Part shown: in pieces, positions 51,977 to 63,285 of the stretch | Numbering within the stretch: the stretch's first letter is position 1 | Layout of the letters: every line of letters starts with the position of its first letter | Origin: Octopus vulgaris | Taxonomy: Eukaryota | Direction: 5' to 3' | DNA length: 64,000 nt | NCBI GenBank assembly: GCA_951406725.2 | Contig: OX597821.1 | Location: 54,126,001 to 54,190,000 of the forward strand | Made by a program: the position numbers and the translations under genes | Notes under the pieces: generated by a model | What the model was told of the DNA's origin: nothing | The model's input: the letters and a program-made list of their open reading frames with translations, nothing else | The model's database searches: none

Positions 51977-52225
51977 TACAGGAGTGGCTGTGTGGTAAGT
52001 AGCTTGCTTACCAACAACATGGTTCCGGATTCAGTCCCACTGCATGGCACCTTGGGCAAGTGTCTTCTACTATAACATCGGGCCGACCAAAGGCTTGTGA
52101 GTGGATTTGGTAGACAGAAACTGAAAGAAGCCCATCGTATATACGTATATATGTGTGTATTTATGTTGTGTATCTGTGTTTGTCCCCCCAACATTGCTTG
52201 ACAACCAATGCTGGTGTGTTTACGT
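51977..52225 (+). mobile_element. SINE family B, 3'-truncated
   Basis: Ends at GGTGTGTTTACGT, directly abutting a LINE fragment. Confidence 0.88.
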
Positions 52226-52710
52226 GTCAGAGTCTGAGACCAGGAAAATCCTCTGGGATTTCCCAATCCAAACAATTCAGGTGCTAGACTGTAACAGACT
52301 GTACCTAGTGGTGGTGGAAAGGTGCACCCCATATGCTATATAGTTGATGTTGCATACCCCTTTGACCCACAAATAATCAAGAAGGAAGACAAAAATATAG
52401 ATAAATACAACCCTCTTAAGTATGAAATAGTCCAGCTATTGAAAATGAAGAAGGTAAAGATAGTGCCAATTATTGTTGGGTCCTTGGGAACAGTATCAGA
52501 AGGCATCAAGAGGAATATAAAGGAAATTGGAATAGAGTGTCCAGTAGAACTGTTACAAAAGTTTTGCCTCCTTGGCACTGTCAGAATAATCAGGTAAGTA
52601 TTAGATATCTGAAAAGAACTGATAGCATGGTACCATAGGCTGCAGGTAGTAAGCCTGCTATGCATGCAAGATTCCAGGAGCTCCAACAAAACCTGCGATA
52701 AAGAGATGAT
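52226..52710 (+). mobile_element. R4/Dong-like RLE domain 3' end
   Basis: KILWDFPIQT...NR..LVVV, CYIVDVAYPFD..K..KY..LK.EI, VPIIVGSLG, LLQK.CLLGT.RIIR; UTR ends in (AAT)n. Confidence 0.85.
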
Positions 52711-52784
52711 AATAATAATAATAATAACAGCAACAACAATAATGCGAAGAAGGAGGAGAAGGAGAAGGAGGAGGGGGAGGCCAG

Positions 52785-52993
52785 CAATTTCGGGGTAGAG
52801 GTTTAGTCGATTACATCAACCCCAATGTTCAACTGGTATTTAATTTGTCAACACCAAAAGGCTGAAAGGCAAAGTTGACCACAGCAGATTTTGAACTGTT
52901 TTGAATTCAAATCCTGCTAAGCTGTTCAAAGACAGACACAATGCTGCTAAGTATTTTGCCCAGCATGCTAACAATTCTGCCAGCTCGCCGCCA
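52785..52993 (-). mobile_element. SINE family A
   Basis: agtcgattacatcaacccc..gaaaggcaaagttgacc..ttctgccagctcgccgcc. Confidence 0.85.
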
Positions 52994-53045
52994 TGATAAT
53001 AATAATAATGATAATAATAATAATAATAATGATAATAATAATGAT

Positions 53046-54023
53046 GGCAATGAAAAAAGCGCACGAGCAATTGGCTGATAGGTGGGAGGAGAAACCTCTG
53101 CACGGCAAATATGTGACCCGCAGCAAACAAGCTGATGTTGACCAGAAGCAAACCCATCAGTGGCTGCGGAGCTCAGGGCTAAAAGCAGAGAGCGAAGGTT
53201 TCATCCTGGCTGCTCAAGACCAAAGCCTATTAACCCGGAACTACCAGGCCAATGTGATGAAAAATGGAGCAGACCCAAAATGCCGATTCTGCAACGACAT
53301 GATTGAAACAGTAGACCACCTAATCTCTGGATGTAAAGTCTTAGCACCAGTGGAGTATAAATTAAGACATGACAGAGTTGGCCAATATCTCCACTGGCTA
53401 ATAAGTCGGCATTACAATATCAAAACTGCCGACAAGTGGTATAATCACCACCCTGAGGCTGTAACTGAAGGAGAAAATGTAACCATTCTGTGGGACTTTC
53501 CAGTACATACAGACCGAACCATCAAGGCCAATAAACCAGATATTGTTGTGAAAGACCAAAACAATAAAGTTTGCTTATTGATCGACATGAGCATCCCCTG
53601 TGATCATAATATCTCAGCGAAAGAGTTTGACAAGCTCAGAAAATATAAAGACCTACTCATTGAAATTGAGAAAATGTGGCATCTCAAGGCGGTTACAATA
53701 CCAGTGATCGTAGGAGCACTAGGAATGATCAAGAAGGGAACCGAAAATTATATGAGAATGATCCCTGGCTTACCATCCCTGCAAGAAGTGCAAAAGATTG
53801 TCTTAACTGGTACATCACACGTATTTAGAAGAGCATTGTCGATGTGAGAACTATTGCTGCTCAAGTATTTTAATCTAACTTAAAAAAAAAAAAAAAAAAA
53901 AATGAACGAACTTCTGAGTTTGGTTTAATGGCCTACCAATTTACACTATGAGTTTCTTTGCCCTAGGAGTCGGGAAGACACTCGGCAAGAAATGGAAGAA
54001 AATTGAAAGAAGAAAAAAAAAAA

Positions 54024-54025
<2 letters not shown>
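53046..54025 (+). mobile_element. R4/Dong-like LINE 3' end, uninterrupted ~266-aa CCHC + RLE region, inserted in (AAT)n
   Basis: KPLHGKY, EGFILAAQDQSL.TRNY, CRFC..ETVDHLISGC, RHD, ILWD, KPDIVV..LIDMSIP..K..KY, PVIVGALG; stop at 53847; A-rich end then (AAT)n; AAT-like tract upstream. Confidence 0.94.
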
Positions 54026-54058
<33 letters not shown>

Positions 54059-54068
54059 TAATAATAAC

Positions 54069-54103
<35 letters not shown>

Positions 54104-54954
54104 TAATAATAATAATGTGCCACATGTGGCCTCCTGATACCTACAGGCTCCAACAGTTTGTGTCTGAAAGGTCAGAAGACTGTGTTGGCAAGCTCAGCAA
54201 ATCAACTTGTTTAGAGCAGAACAAGCAGTAGTCAAAGAAGTCGGAGAGTTGAAAATAACAAACAAAATTGTTGGATATATCCAAAACACAAGAATTTTAA
54301 TTAAGAGGCCAATAACATTCATGGAATAAATAAACAGTTTTTTAGAGATTTTTTTCTTTTTTTAGGGAGTTCTTTTATTTATCTCTGAAATGTGTAGACT
54401 TCTTTTGGTGAGCTCTTCTTTTATTCACCAGTCTAATGAATTTATTTTCTATCTTTTTATTTGTTGACTGGACTCTTGTTATTTTTGAATTCATGGTACC
54501 ATTCTGCTTTCTTTATGTTGCCAAGTTCTCACTATATTCGAAATCAGTTCAAAACCTTCCACCATTTACATTAACCACCAAACTAACTTCACACTCTACA
54601 CTAAATACTGTGTCAACTGTTCCATACGAAATTGCCCACACCATCGCTCACATCAACTGTCGCACATCGACTGCATGGCATTGATTACTACATAGTACTG
54701 TCCACATCAGCTTCCCAGCACATCACACGTCGCTACCCATTTACATTGGCTTCCCACACGAACTCACTGACCACATGGGCAATAGTAGTCTTTATACTTC
54801 TTCCACACTGTAAAAGTGCACCAAAATCATACCACCTTGGTGGTCACGTGACCACCAAGAATTATTTTTTCATCTTTGCTTGCAAAACCAAAGAGTGGTG
54901 CTCTATTTCGCATAGTACAAATGAGAAATTATCTGAATATAATTTTTTTGTTCA

Positions 54955-55215
54955 TAATGCTGCTAAGTATTTTGGTCAGCATGCTAACAATTCTGTCAAA
55001 TTTTAGCACAAGGCCATCAATTTCAGGGGTGGTAGTGGTGGTGGTGGTGGTGGAGAGGTTGATTTCATCGATACTCAACTGATACTTATTTATTGACCCT
55101 GAAAGGATGAAAGGCAAAGTCAACCTTGGTAGAATTTGATTGGATGAAGACAAAACGAAATGCTGCTAAGCATTTCTTCTGTCATGCTAAAGATTCTGTC
55201 AGCTTACTGCCTTAA
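54955..55215 (-). mobile_element. SINE family A (one copy plus adjacent head fragment)
   Basis: aatgctgctaag.attt..catgctaa..attctgtca occurs twice; core gaaaggatgaaaggcaaagtcaacc. Confidence 0.8.
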
Positions 55216-55404
55216 TATTATCAATAACTGTTATTAATTTACGCATAAGGTCGACAGATTTTATAGAAAGGAGTTAAATGATCACATCAACACCAATACT
55301 GGTTTGTTACTTTTTTATATGAAAGTACTATCGAAGAATTTGACAGAAGAAAGTAATAAAATGATACTTCTCAAATATATATATCAAATTTTCATTTCAT
55401 AGAC

Positions 55405-55462
<58 letters not shown>

Positions 55463-55515
55463 GTATATATATGTCTATATATATATATATCTGATATATA
55501 TATATATATATATAT

Positions 55516-55579
<64 letters not shown>

Positions 55580-55658
55580 GAATATATATAAATATATATG
55601 ACTATATATATATATGTACTAGCAGTATCGCCCGGCGTTGCTCGGGTTTGTAAGGGAA

Positions 55659-58600
55659 GATCTCTTTCGGCACCATCGTTGATCTTTTTCGGCACACTCT
55701 TTGATCTCTGTCGACACCCCCTTTGATATCTGTCGACACCCCTCTTTGATCTCTGTCGGCACCGCCTTTGATATCTGTCGGCACCCCTCTTTGATCTCTG
55801 TCGCCACCCTCTTTGATCTATGTCGGCATCCCCTTTGATCTCTGTCGGTACCTCCTTTGATCTCTGTCGGCACCCCTCTTTGATCTCTTTCGGTAACCCT
55901 TTGGTCTCTCTCGGCACACCTCTTTGATCTCTATCGGCACCCTCTTTGATCTCTGTCGGCATCCCTCTTTGATCTCTGTCTGCACCCCTCTTTGATCTCT
56001 GTCGGCACCTCCCTTTGATCTCTGTCGGCACCCCATTGATCTCTGTCGGCACCCTCTTTGATCCTTCTCGGCACCCTTCTTTGATCTCTATCGGCACTCC
56101 TCCTTGATCTCTTTCGGCACCCCTCTTTGATCTCTGTCGGCACCCCCTTTGATCTCTGTCGGCACCCCTTTGATCTCTGTACACCTCCTTTGATCTCTGT
56201 CGGCACCCGTCTTTGATCTCTGTCGGCACCCCTCTTTGATCTCTGTCGGCACCCCCTTTGATCTCTGTCGGCACCCCGCTTTGATCTCTGTCGGCACCCC
56301 TCTTTGATCTCTGTCGGCACCCCTCTTTGATCTCTGTCGGTACCCCTCTTTGATCTCTGTCGGCACCCTCTTTTATCTCTGTAGGTACCCCTCTTTGATC
56401 TCTGTCGGCACCCCCTTTGATCTCTGTCGGCACACCTCTTTGATCTCTGTTGGCACCCCCATTCATCTTTGTCGGCACCCCATTGATCACTGTCGGCACC
56501 CTCTTTGATCCTTGTCGATACCCTTCTTTGATCTCTATCGGCACCCCTCTTTGATCTCTTTCGGCACCCCTCTTTGATCTCTGTCGGCAACCCCTTTGAT
56601 CTCTGTCGGCACTCCCTTTGTGCATCCCTCTTTGATCTCTGTCGGCACCCCAATTGATCTCTGTCGGCACCCTCTTTGATCCTTGTCGATACCCTTCTTT
56701 GATCTCTATCGGCACCCCTCTTTGATCTCTTTCGGCACCCCTCTTTGATCTCTGTCGGCAACCCCTTTGATCTCTGTCGGCACTCCCTTTGTGCATCCCT
56801 CTTTGATCTCTGTCGGCACCCCAATTGATCTCTGTCGGCACCCTCTTTGGTATCTGTCGGCACCCCTTTGATCTCTGTCGGCACCCCTTTGCTCTCTGTC
56901 GGCACCTCTCTTTGATTTCTGTCGGCACCCCAATTGATCTCTGTCGGCACCCTCTTTCATCTCTGTCGGCATCCCTCTTTGATCTCTATCGGCACCCCTT
57001 TTTGATCTCTGTCGGTACCCCTCTTTGATCTCTGTCGGCACCCCCTTTGATCTTTGTCAGCACCCGTCTTTGATCTCTGTCGGCACCCCTCTTTGATCTC
57101 TGTCGGCACTCTCTTTGGTCTCTGTCGGCACCCTCTTTGATCTCTGTCGGCACCCTCTTTGATCTCTGTCGGCACCTATCTTTGATCTCTGTCGGCACCC
57201 TCTTTGATCTCTGTCGGCACCCCCTTTGATCTCTGTCGGCACCCCTCTTTGATCTCTGTCGGCACCCCTCTTTGATCTCTGTCGGCACCCCTCTTTGATC
57301 TCTGTCGGTACCCCTCTTTGATCTCTGTCGGCACCCTCTTTTATCTCTGTAGGTACCCCTCTTTGATCTCTGTCGGCACCCCCTTTGATCTCTGTCGGCA
57401 CACCTCTTTGATCTCTGTTGGCACCCCCTTTCATCTTTGTCGGCACCCCATTGATCACTGTCGGCACCCTCTTTGATCCTCGTCGGCACCCTTCTTTGAT
57501 CTCTATTGGCACCCCTCTTTGATCTCTTTCGGCACCCCTCTTTGATCTCTGTCGGCAACCCCTTTGATCTCTGTCGGCACTCCCTTTGTGCATCCCTCTT
57601 TGATCTCTGTCGGCACCCCTCTTTGATCTCTGTCGGCACCCTCTTTGATCTCTGTCGGCACCCCTTTGATCTCTGTCGGCACCCTCTTTCATCTCTGTCG
57701 GCATCACCCTTTGATCTCTATCGGCATCACCCTTTGATCTCTATCGGCACCCCTTTTTGATCTCTGTCGGTACCCCTCTTTGATCTCTGTCGGCACCCCC
57801 TTTGATCTTTGTCAGCACCCGTCTTTGATCTCTGTCGGCACCCCTCTTTGATCTCTGTCGGCACTCTCTTTGGTCTCTGTCGGCACCCTCTTTGATCTCT
57901 GTCGGCACCCCTCTTTGATCTCTGTCGGCACCTATCTTTGATCTCTGTCGGCACCCCTCTTTGATCTCTGTCGGCACCCCCTTTGATCTCTGTCGGCACC
58001 CCTCTTTGATCTCTGTCGACACCCATCTTTGATCTCTGTCGGCACCCCTCTTTGATCTCTGTCGACACCCCTCTTTGATCTCTGTCGGCACCCCCTCTGA
58101 TCTCTGTCGGCACCCTTTTTGATCTCTGTCGGCACCCCCTTTCATCTCTGTCGGCACCTCTCTTTGATTTCTGTCGGCACCCCCATTGATCTCTGTCGGT
58201 ACCCCTCTTTGATCTCTGTCGGCACCCTCTTTTATCTCTATCGATACCCCTCTTTGATCTCTGTCAGCACCCCTTTGATATCTGTGCATCCCCTTTGATC
58301 TCTGTCGGCACATCTCTTTGATCTCTGTCGGCATCCCTCTTTGATCTCTGTCGGCACCCCTCTTTGATCTCTGTCGGCATCCCCATTGATCTCTGTCGGT
58401 ACCCCTCTTTGATCTCTGTCGGTACCCCTCTTTGATCTCTGTCGGCACCCTCTTTTATCTCTATCGATACCCCTCTTTGATCTCTGTCAGCACCCCTTTG
58501 ATATCTGTGCAACCCCTTTGATCTCTGTCGGCACATCTCTTTGATCTCTGTCGGCACCCCTCTTTGATCTCTGTCGGCATCCCTCTTTGATCTCTGTCGG

Positions 58601-59914
58601 CACCCCTCTTTGATCTCTGTCGGCACCCCTCTTTGATCTCTGTCGGCACCCCCTTTCATCTCTGTCGGCACCTCTCTTTGATTTCTGTCGTCACCCCCAT
58701 TGATCTCTGTCGGTACCCCTCTTTGATCTCTGTCGGCACCCTCTTTTATCTCTATCGATACCCCTCTTTGATCTCTGTCAGCACCCCTTTGATCTCTGTG
58801 CATCCCCTTTGGTCTCTGTCGGCACATCTCTTTGATCTCTGTCGGCATCCCTCTTTGATCTCTGTCGGCACCCCTCTTTGATCTCTGTCGGCATCCCCAT
58901 TGATCTCTGTCGGTACCCCTCTTTGATCTCTGTCGGTACCCTCTTTGATCTCTGTCGGCACCCTCTTTATCTCTATCGATACCCCTCTTTGATCTCTGTC
59001 AGCACCCCTTTGATATCTGTGCAACCCCTTTGATCTCTGTCGGCACATCTCTTTGATCTCTGTCGGCACCCCTCTTTGATCTCTGTCGGCATCCCTCTTT
59101 GATCTCTGTCGGCACCCCTCTTTGATCTCTGTCGGCACCCCTCTTTGATCTCTGTCGGCACCCCCCTTTGATCTCTGTCGGCACCTCTCTTTGATTTCTG
59201 TCGGCACCCCCATTGATCTCTGTCGGTACCCCTCTTTGATCTCTGTCGGCACCCTCTTTTATCTCTATCGATACCCCTCTTTGATCTCTGTCAGCACCCC
59301 TTTGATCTCTGTGCATCCCCTTTGATCTCTGTCGGCACCTCTCTTTGATCTCTGTCGGCACCCCTCTTTGATCTCTGTCGGCACCCTCTTTGATCTCTGT
59401 CGGCACCCCTCTTTGATCTCTGTCGGCACCCCTCTTTGATCTCTGTCGACACCCCTCTTTGATCTCTGTCGGCACCCCCTTTGATCTTTGTCAGCACCCG
59501 TCTTTGATCTCTGTCGGCACCCCTCTTTGATCTCTGTCGGCACTCTCTTTGGTCTCTGTCGGCACCCTCTTTGATCTCTGTCGGCACCCCTCTTTGATCT
59601 CTGTCGGCACCTCTCTTTGATTTCTGTCGGCACCCCCATTGATCTCTGTCGGTACCCCTCTTTGATCTCTGTCGGCACCCTCTTTTATCTCTGTCGATAC
59701 CCCTCTTTGATCTCTTTCGGCACCCTCTTTGATCTCTGTCGGCACCCCTCTTTGATCTCTGTCGGCACCCCCTTTGATCTCTGTCAGCACCTCTTTGATC
59801 TCTGTGCATCCCCTTTGATCTCTGTCGGCACCTCTCTTTGAATCTGTCGGCACCCCTCTTTGATCTTTGTCGGCACCCTCTTTGATTCCTCTCGGCACCC
59901 CTCTTTGATCTCTG
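55659..59914. repeat. 20-22 bp minisatellite array (~4.25 kb, roughly 200 units), consensus CTCTTTGATCTCTGTCGGCACC(C)
   Basis: Direct head-to-tail repeats without spacers; variant units recur in higher-order blocks. Confidence 0.98.
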
Positions 59915-60069
59915 AGGCCTTGAATGGTGTAAAGCATTATCAGGTCTGACTTTCATCAAAACATATATTAATGAAATATTATAACCTAAGCAATGGGATA
60001 CATTACCGTAAATACATTTATTTATGCACATACACACACTGCGAAATTGGGAGAGAATATATATATAAT

Positions 60070-60468
60070 GGCGCAGGAGTGGCTGTGTGGTAAGTAGCTT
60101 GCTAACCAACCACATGGTTCCGGGTTCAGTCCCACTGCGTGACATCTTGGGCAAGTGTCTTCTACTATAGCCCCGGGCCGACCAATGACTTGTGAGTGGA
60201 TTTGGTAGACGGAAATTGAAAGAAGCCTGTCGTATATATGTATGTGTATATATGTATATGTGTGAGTTTGTGTGTCTGTGTTTGTCCCCCTAGCATTGCT
60301 TGACAACCAATGCTGGTGTGGTTACGTCCCCGTTACTTAGCGGTTCGGCAAAAGAGACCGATAGAATAAGTACTGGGCTTACAAAGAATAAGTCCTGGGG
60401 TCGATTTGCTCGACTAAAGGCGGTGCTCCAGCATGGCCGCAGTCAAATGACTGAAACAAGAAGAAGAA
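60070..60468 (+). mobile_element. SINE family B, full length, CpG-rich (young-looking), inside the Helitron
   Basis: GGCGCAGGAGTGGCTGTGTGGTAAG...GACTGAAACAAGAAGAAG; no obvious TSD. Confidence 0.93.
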
Positions 60469-60817
60469 TGTAAGCATTTTCAGAGAGTTATAGCCAAAAT
60501 ATAGCAAAAAAATGCATTAAAATTGGAAAAAAAATTATCGTAAATATTTTTTTAATCGTTGACTCATCGTAGACATTTTTAGAGAGTTACTTCCCTTATA
60601 TATAAGCGAAAAAAATGCATTAAAATGGAAAAACATGATGGTAATTTTTTTTTTAAATCGTAGACTCATCGTAGATGCGCACTAATACCCGGAAGGGCTC
60701 GATATGAATCACGACTAGAAGATACCCGCTTTTGGTTACACTGCACCGCAAAATGTGGGAGTAGTTAGGAATCTAAATCGTAGGAGACAGACACACAACT
60801 TCACTTTTATATATAAA

Positions 60818-61182
60818 CTAGCAGTATCGCCCGGCGTTGCTCAGGTTTTTAAGGGAAATAACTACAAAGCATTTTTAGAGAGTTATAGCCAAAAAATAAC
60901 AAAAAAATGGAAAAAAATGATGGTAAATTTTTTTTTTAGTTAAAAAAGGTGGAGTTGCGTCCCCTAGACAGTTTGCGGTTTGTGTTTCTGATTCTCGACC
61001 CCATGTCGAATTTATCGATTTTTTTCAGAACTGGGGGAACTTTTCAAAATTTTGCTGCGTTAGTTTTGAATTATGACATTGGGCTATGTGTGTGTCAAGT
61101 TTCATCAGAATCGGTTGAAAGCCGTGGTCAGGGTGAGGGTACAAGCAAACAGACACACAGAAACACGCACAGACAAACTGCC

Positions 61183-61190
<8 letters not shown>
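60818..61190 (-). mobile_element. Short non-autonomous Helitron (~370 bp)
   Basis: Same terminus A-CTAGCAGTATCGCCCGGCGTTGCTC; other end AAGTTTCATCAGAATCGGTTG..ACAGACACACAG..TTTATATA resembles Lep1-like Helitron ends; runs into (TA)n. Confidence 0.8.
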
Positions 61191-61231
<41 letters not shown>

Positions 61232-62799
61232 TATCTAATACATTTATTTTGGAATTCATTGATGTGATATTGTGCAAGACAGTCCATATATTTTTACCAT
61301 TTCTTTCCTTCACTTTATAAATTGTCTCTACCTAAAATATATTTCAAATCATCCAGAAATGGTGTTTATAGACAAAAGACACAAAAGGAAGCTTTTTATG
61401 CTGCCATTAATATTTGCAAAGAAATTAGATGCTATTCAGACTATTTTCTATAACAACGAAAAGGAAAATCTTTTGAGAAAAACTTCTGACTGCAAATAAA
61501 ATCCTGATACAATATACAGCTGACATAAAATTCAATATCTAGAAAGATATGAACATTAATAACAACATCAATAATAGTAGCAATAATTATATCAATATTA
61601 CTAAAATAAAGTAAATATGAAAAAAATAACTAAACAACTGTTTCTTTCACAGTGAAAACAAAGAATGAAATTGCTATGTCATTTATGAGAAATTCAAAAA
61701 TAAATTTATTCGGATATTAAAATAGTCATTAAACATCATTTCTTCTCCCAACCCTCCTCATAGTAAATTGGTTTTGAGAGTCACTATTATTCAAATAATA
61801 ATATAGTGAAAATGTTATTTCACATGCAAGCCAATTAATAAATCAAAAGTCAACGATACATCTTTCCTTTTCTGTGTTAGATTTTGTTTGATTTTTAAAG
61901 AAATTTTATTTGCAAAGGTAAAAGTGAAAACTGATGATCATTGTATGTAAGGATATAATGGTAAAACAGCATTAATTTAATATGGAATAATTTATGAATT
62001 GCATTCAACGAATATTGTTGCTATTGCTGTTATCATTGTTATTGCTGTTTTTATCACTGTCGTTGATCTTAGCACTGATCAGTTCAAATTAAGGACCATT
62101 ATATCAAAGATATTCTTTAAAAGACCATTGCATTTATTACACAAACATTTTCTAATGTGTCCTTCCATTATTTTTATGATGAAAGGAAGTAACTTAAGGA
62201 AAAATTTGGTTGTTAACTGTAGCAAGTTCAGTGACCACAAACAGCAATGTTCCCAAAATTGGTGTGCTACCATACATAAGGGAAGCAAAAATTCATTTCA
62301 AACATGAGGATGAAATGTTTGAATAAGAAATTAAATCTCAACTGATTTTGAATATCACTATGGAAGATTTATTATCAAAGGGATAGTTGATTACCAGATT
62401 AGGAAATCCTACACTCACCTGTATATTGAAGGAATATTATCTGATTATAGAGCATTAAATGTTATCCAGGTATAGAGTACTAACTATTGTTTGTCATGAG
62501 TCAGCAGTATGATAGAAGCTTAGACTTAATTGATTTAAGTCTAAACAAATCCCACCTGGATTACCTTTGATTTCATCCTGAGAGGGTTAATAGCATTAAC
62601 TATTAGGTAATTATCTAATTAATTACCTGTAGTAATTATGATTTTAAATGAATTAAGTGGTTGCCATTAAATTAGTGGATAAATATTGCATCACCATAAT
62701 TTTGAATGTAGGATATTTTGGCATCAGCAAGATTTTAAAGGCATTAACTAGAACAATTAACTCCTTGTGAGCATTGCTGTGATTGGTCTATCCATTTCC

Positions 62800-62829
<30 letters not shown>

Positions 62830-62830
<1 letters not shown>

Positions 62831-63230
62831 CTTTTCTACTAAAGGCACAAGGCCTCCAATTTGGAGGGAGGGACTAGTTGAATACATCAACTCCAGTGTC
62901 TCACTGGTACTTAATTTAGAGACATCCCCCACCACGAAAAGGATGAAAAGCAAAATTGACCTCAGCAGAATTTATAATAATAATAACAACAACAGCAATA
63001 ACAATAATAATCATAATCCTTTTTACTATACGCACAAGGCCTGAAACTTTTAAAGGGAGCTAGTTGATTATATCAACCCCAGTGTGCAACTGGTACTTAT
63101 TTCATCAACCCTGAAAGGATAGAAGGCAAAGTTGAACTCGGTGGAATTTCAGCTCAGAATGTAAAGATGGATAAAATACCACAAAGCATTTTGCTCAGCA
63201 TGCTAACGATTCTGCCAGCTTGTCACCCTA
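62830..63230 (-). mobile_element. Two tandem family-A SINEs separated by AAT tracts
   Basis: ctttt.tacta..gcacaaggcct..actggtactta..aaggat.aa.gcaaa.ttga occurs twice. Confidence 0.82.
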
Positions 63231-63285
63231 ATAATATTAATAATGTTGATTTCTTTTAATAATAATAATAATAATAATAATAATT

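Larger units (their letters stand above)
55619..60815 (-). mobile_element. Non-autonomous Helitron carrying ~4.8 kb of cargo
   Basis: Minus-strand 3' end CCCGAGCAACGCCGGG hairpin, 8 nt, CTAG, then T, next to (TA)n. Body resumes at ~60470 matching the neighbouring copy. TA-rich 5' end near 60815; terminal TC not clearly preserved. Confidence 0.78.

Noticed and set aside
52993-53847. Host gene or intact autonomous LINE (284-aa ORF)
   Set aside because: The ATG and N-terminus come from the AAT tract, and the RT domain is missing; this is a 5'-truncated retrocopy.
55659-59914. CRISPR-like array
   Set aside because: Units are contiguous with no unique spacers, there are no cas genes, and the context is eukaryotic.
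55384-60154. Long minus-strand ORFs (up to 514 aa)
   Set aside because: They arise because the repeat unit lacks stops on that strand; frames shift freely with 20/21/22-bp units and run into (TA)n.
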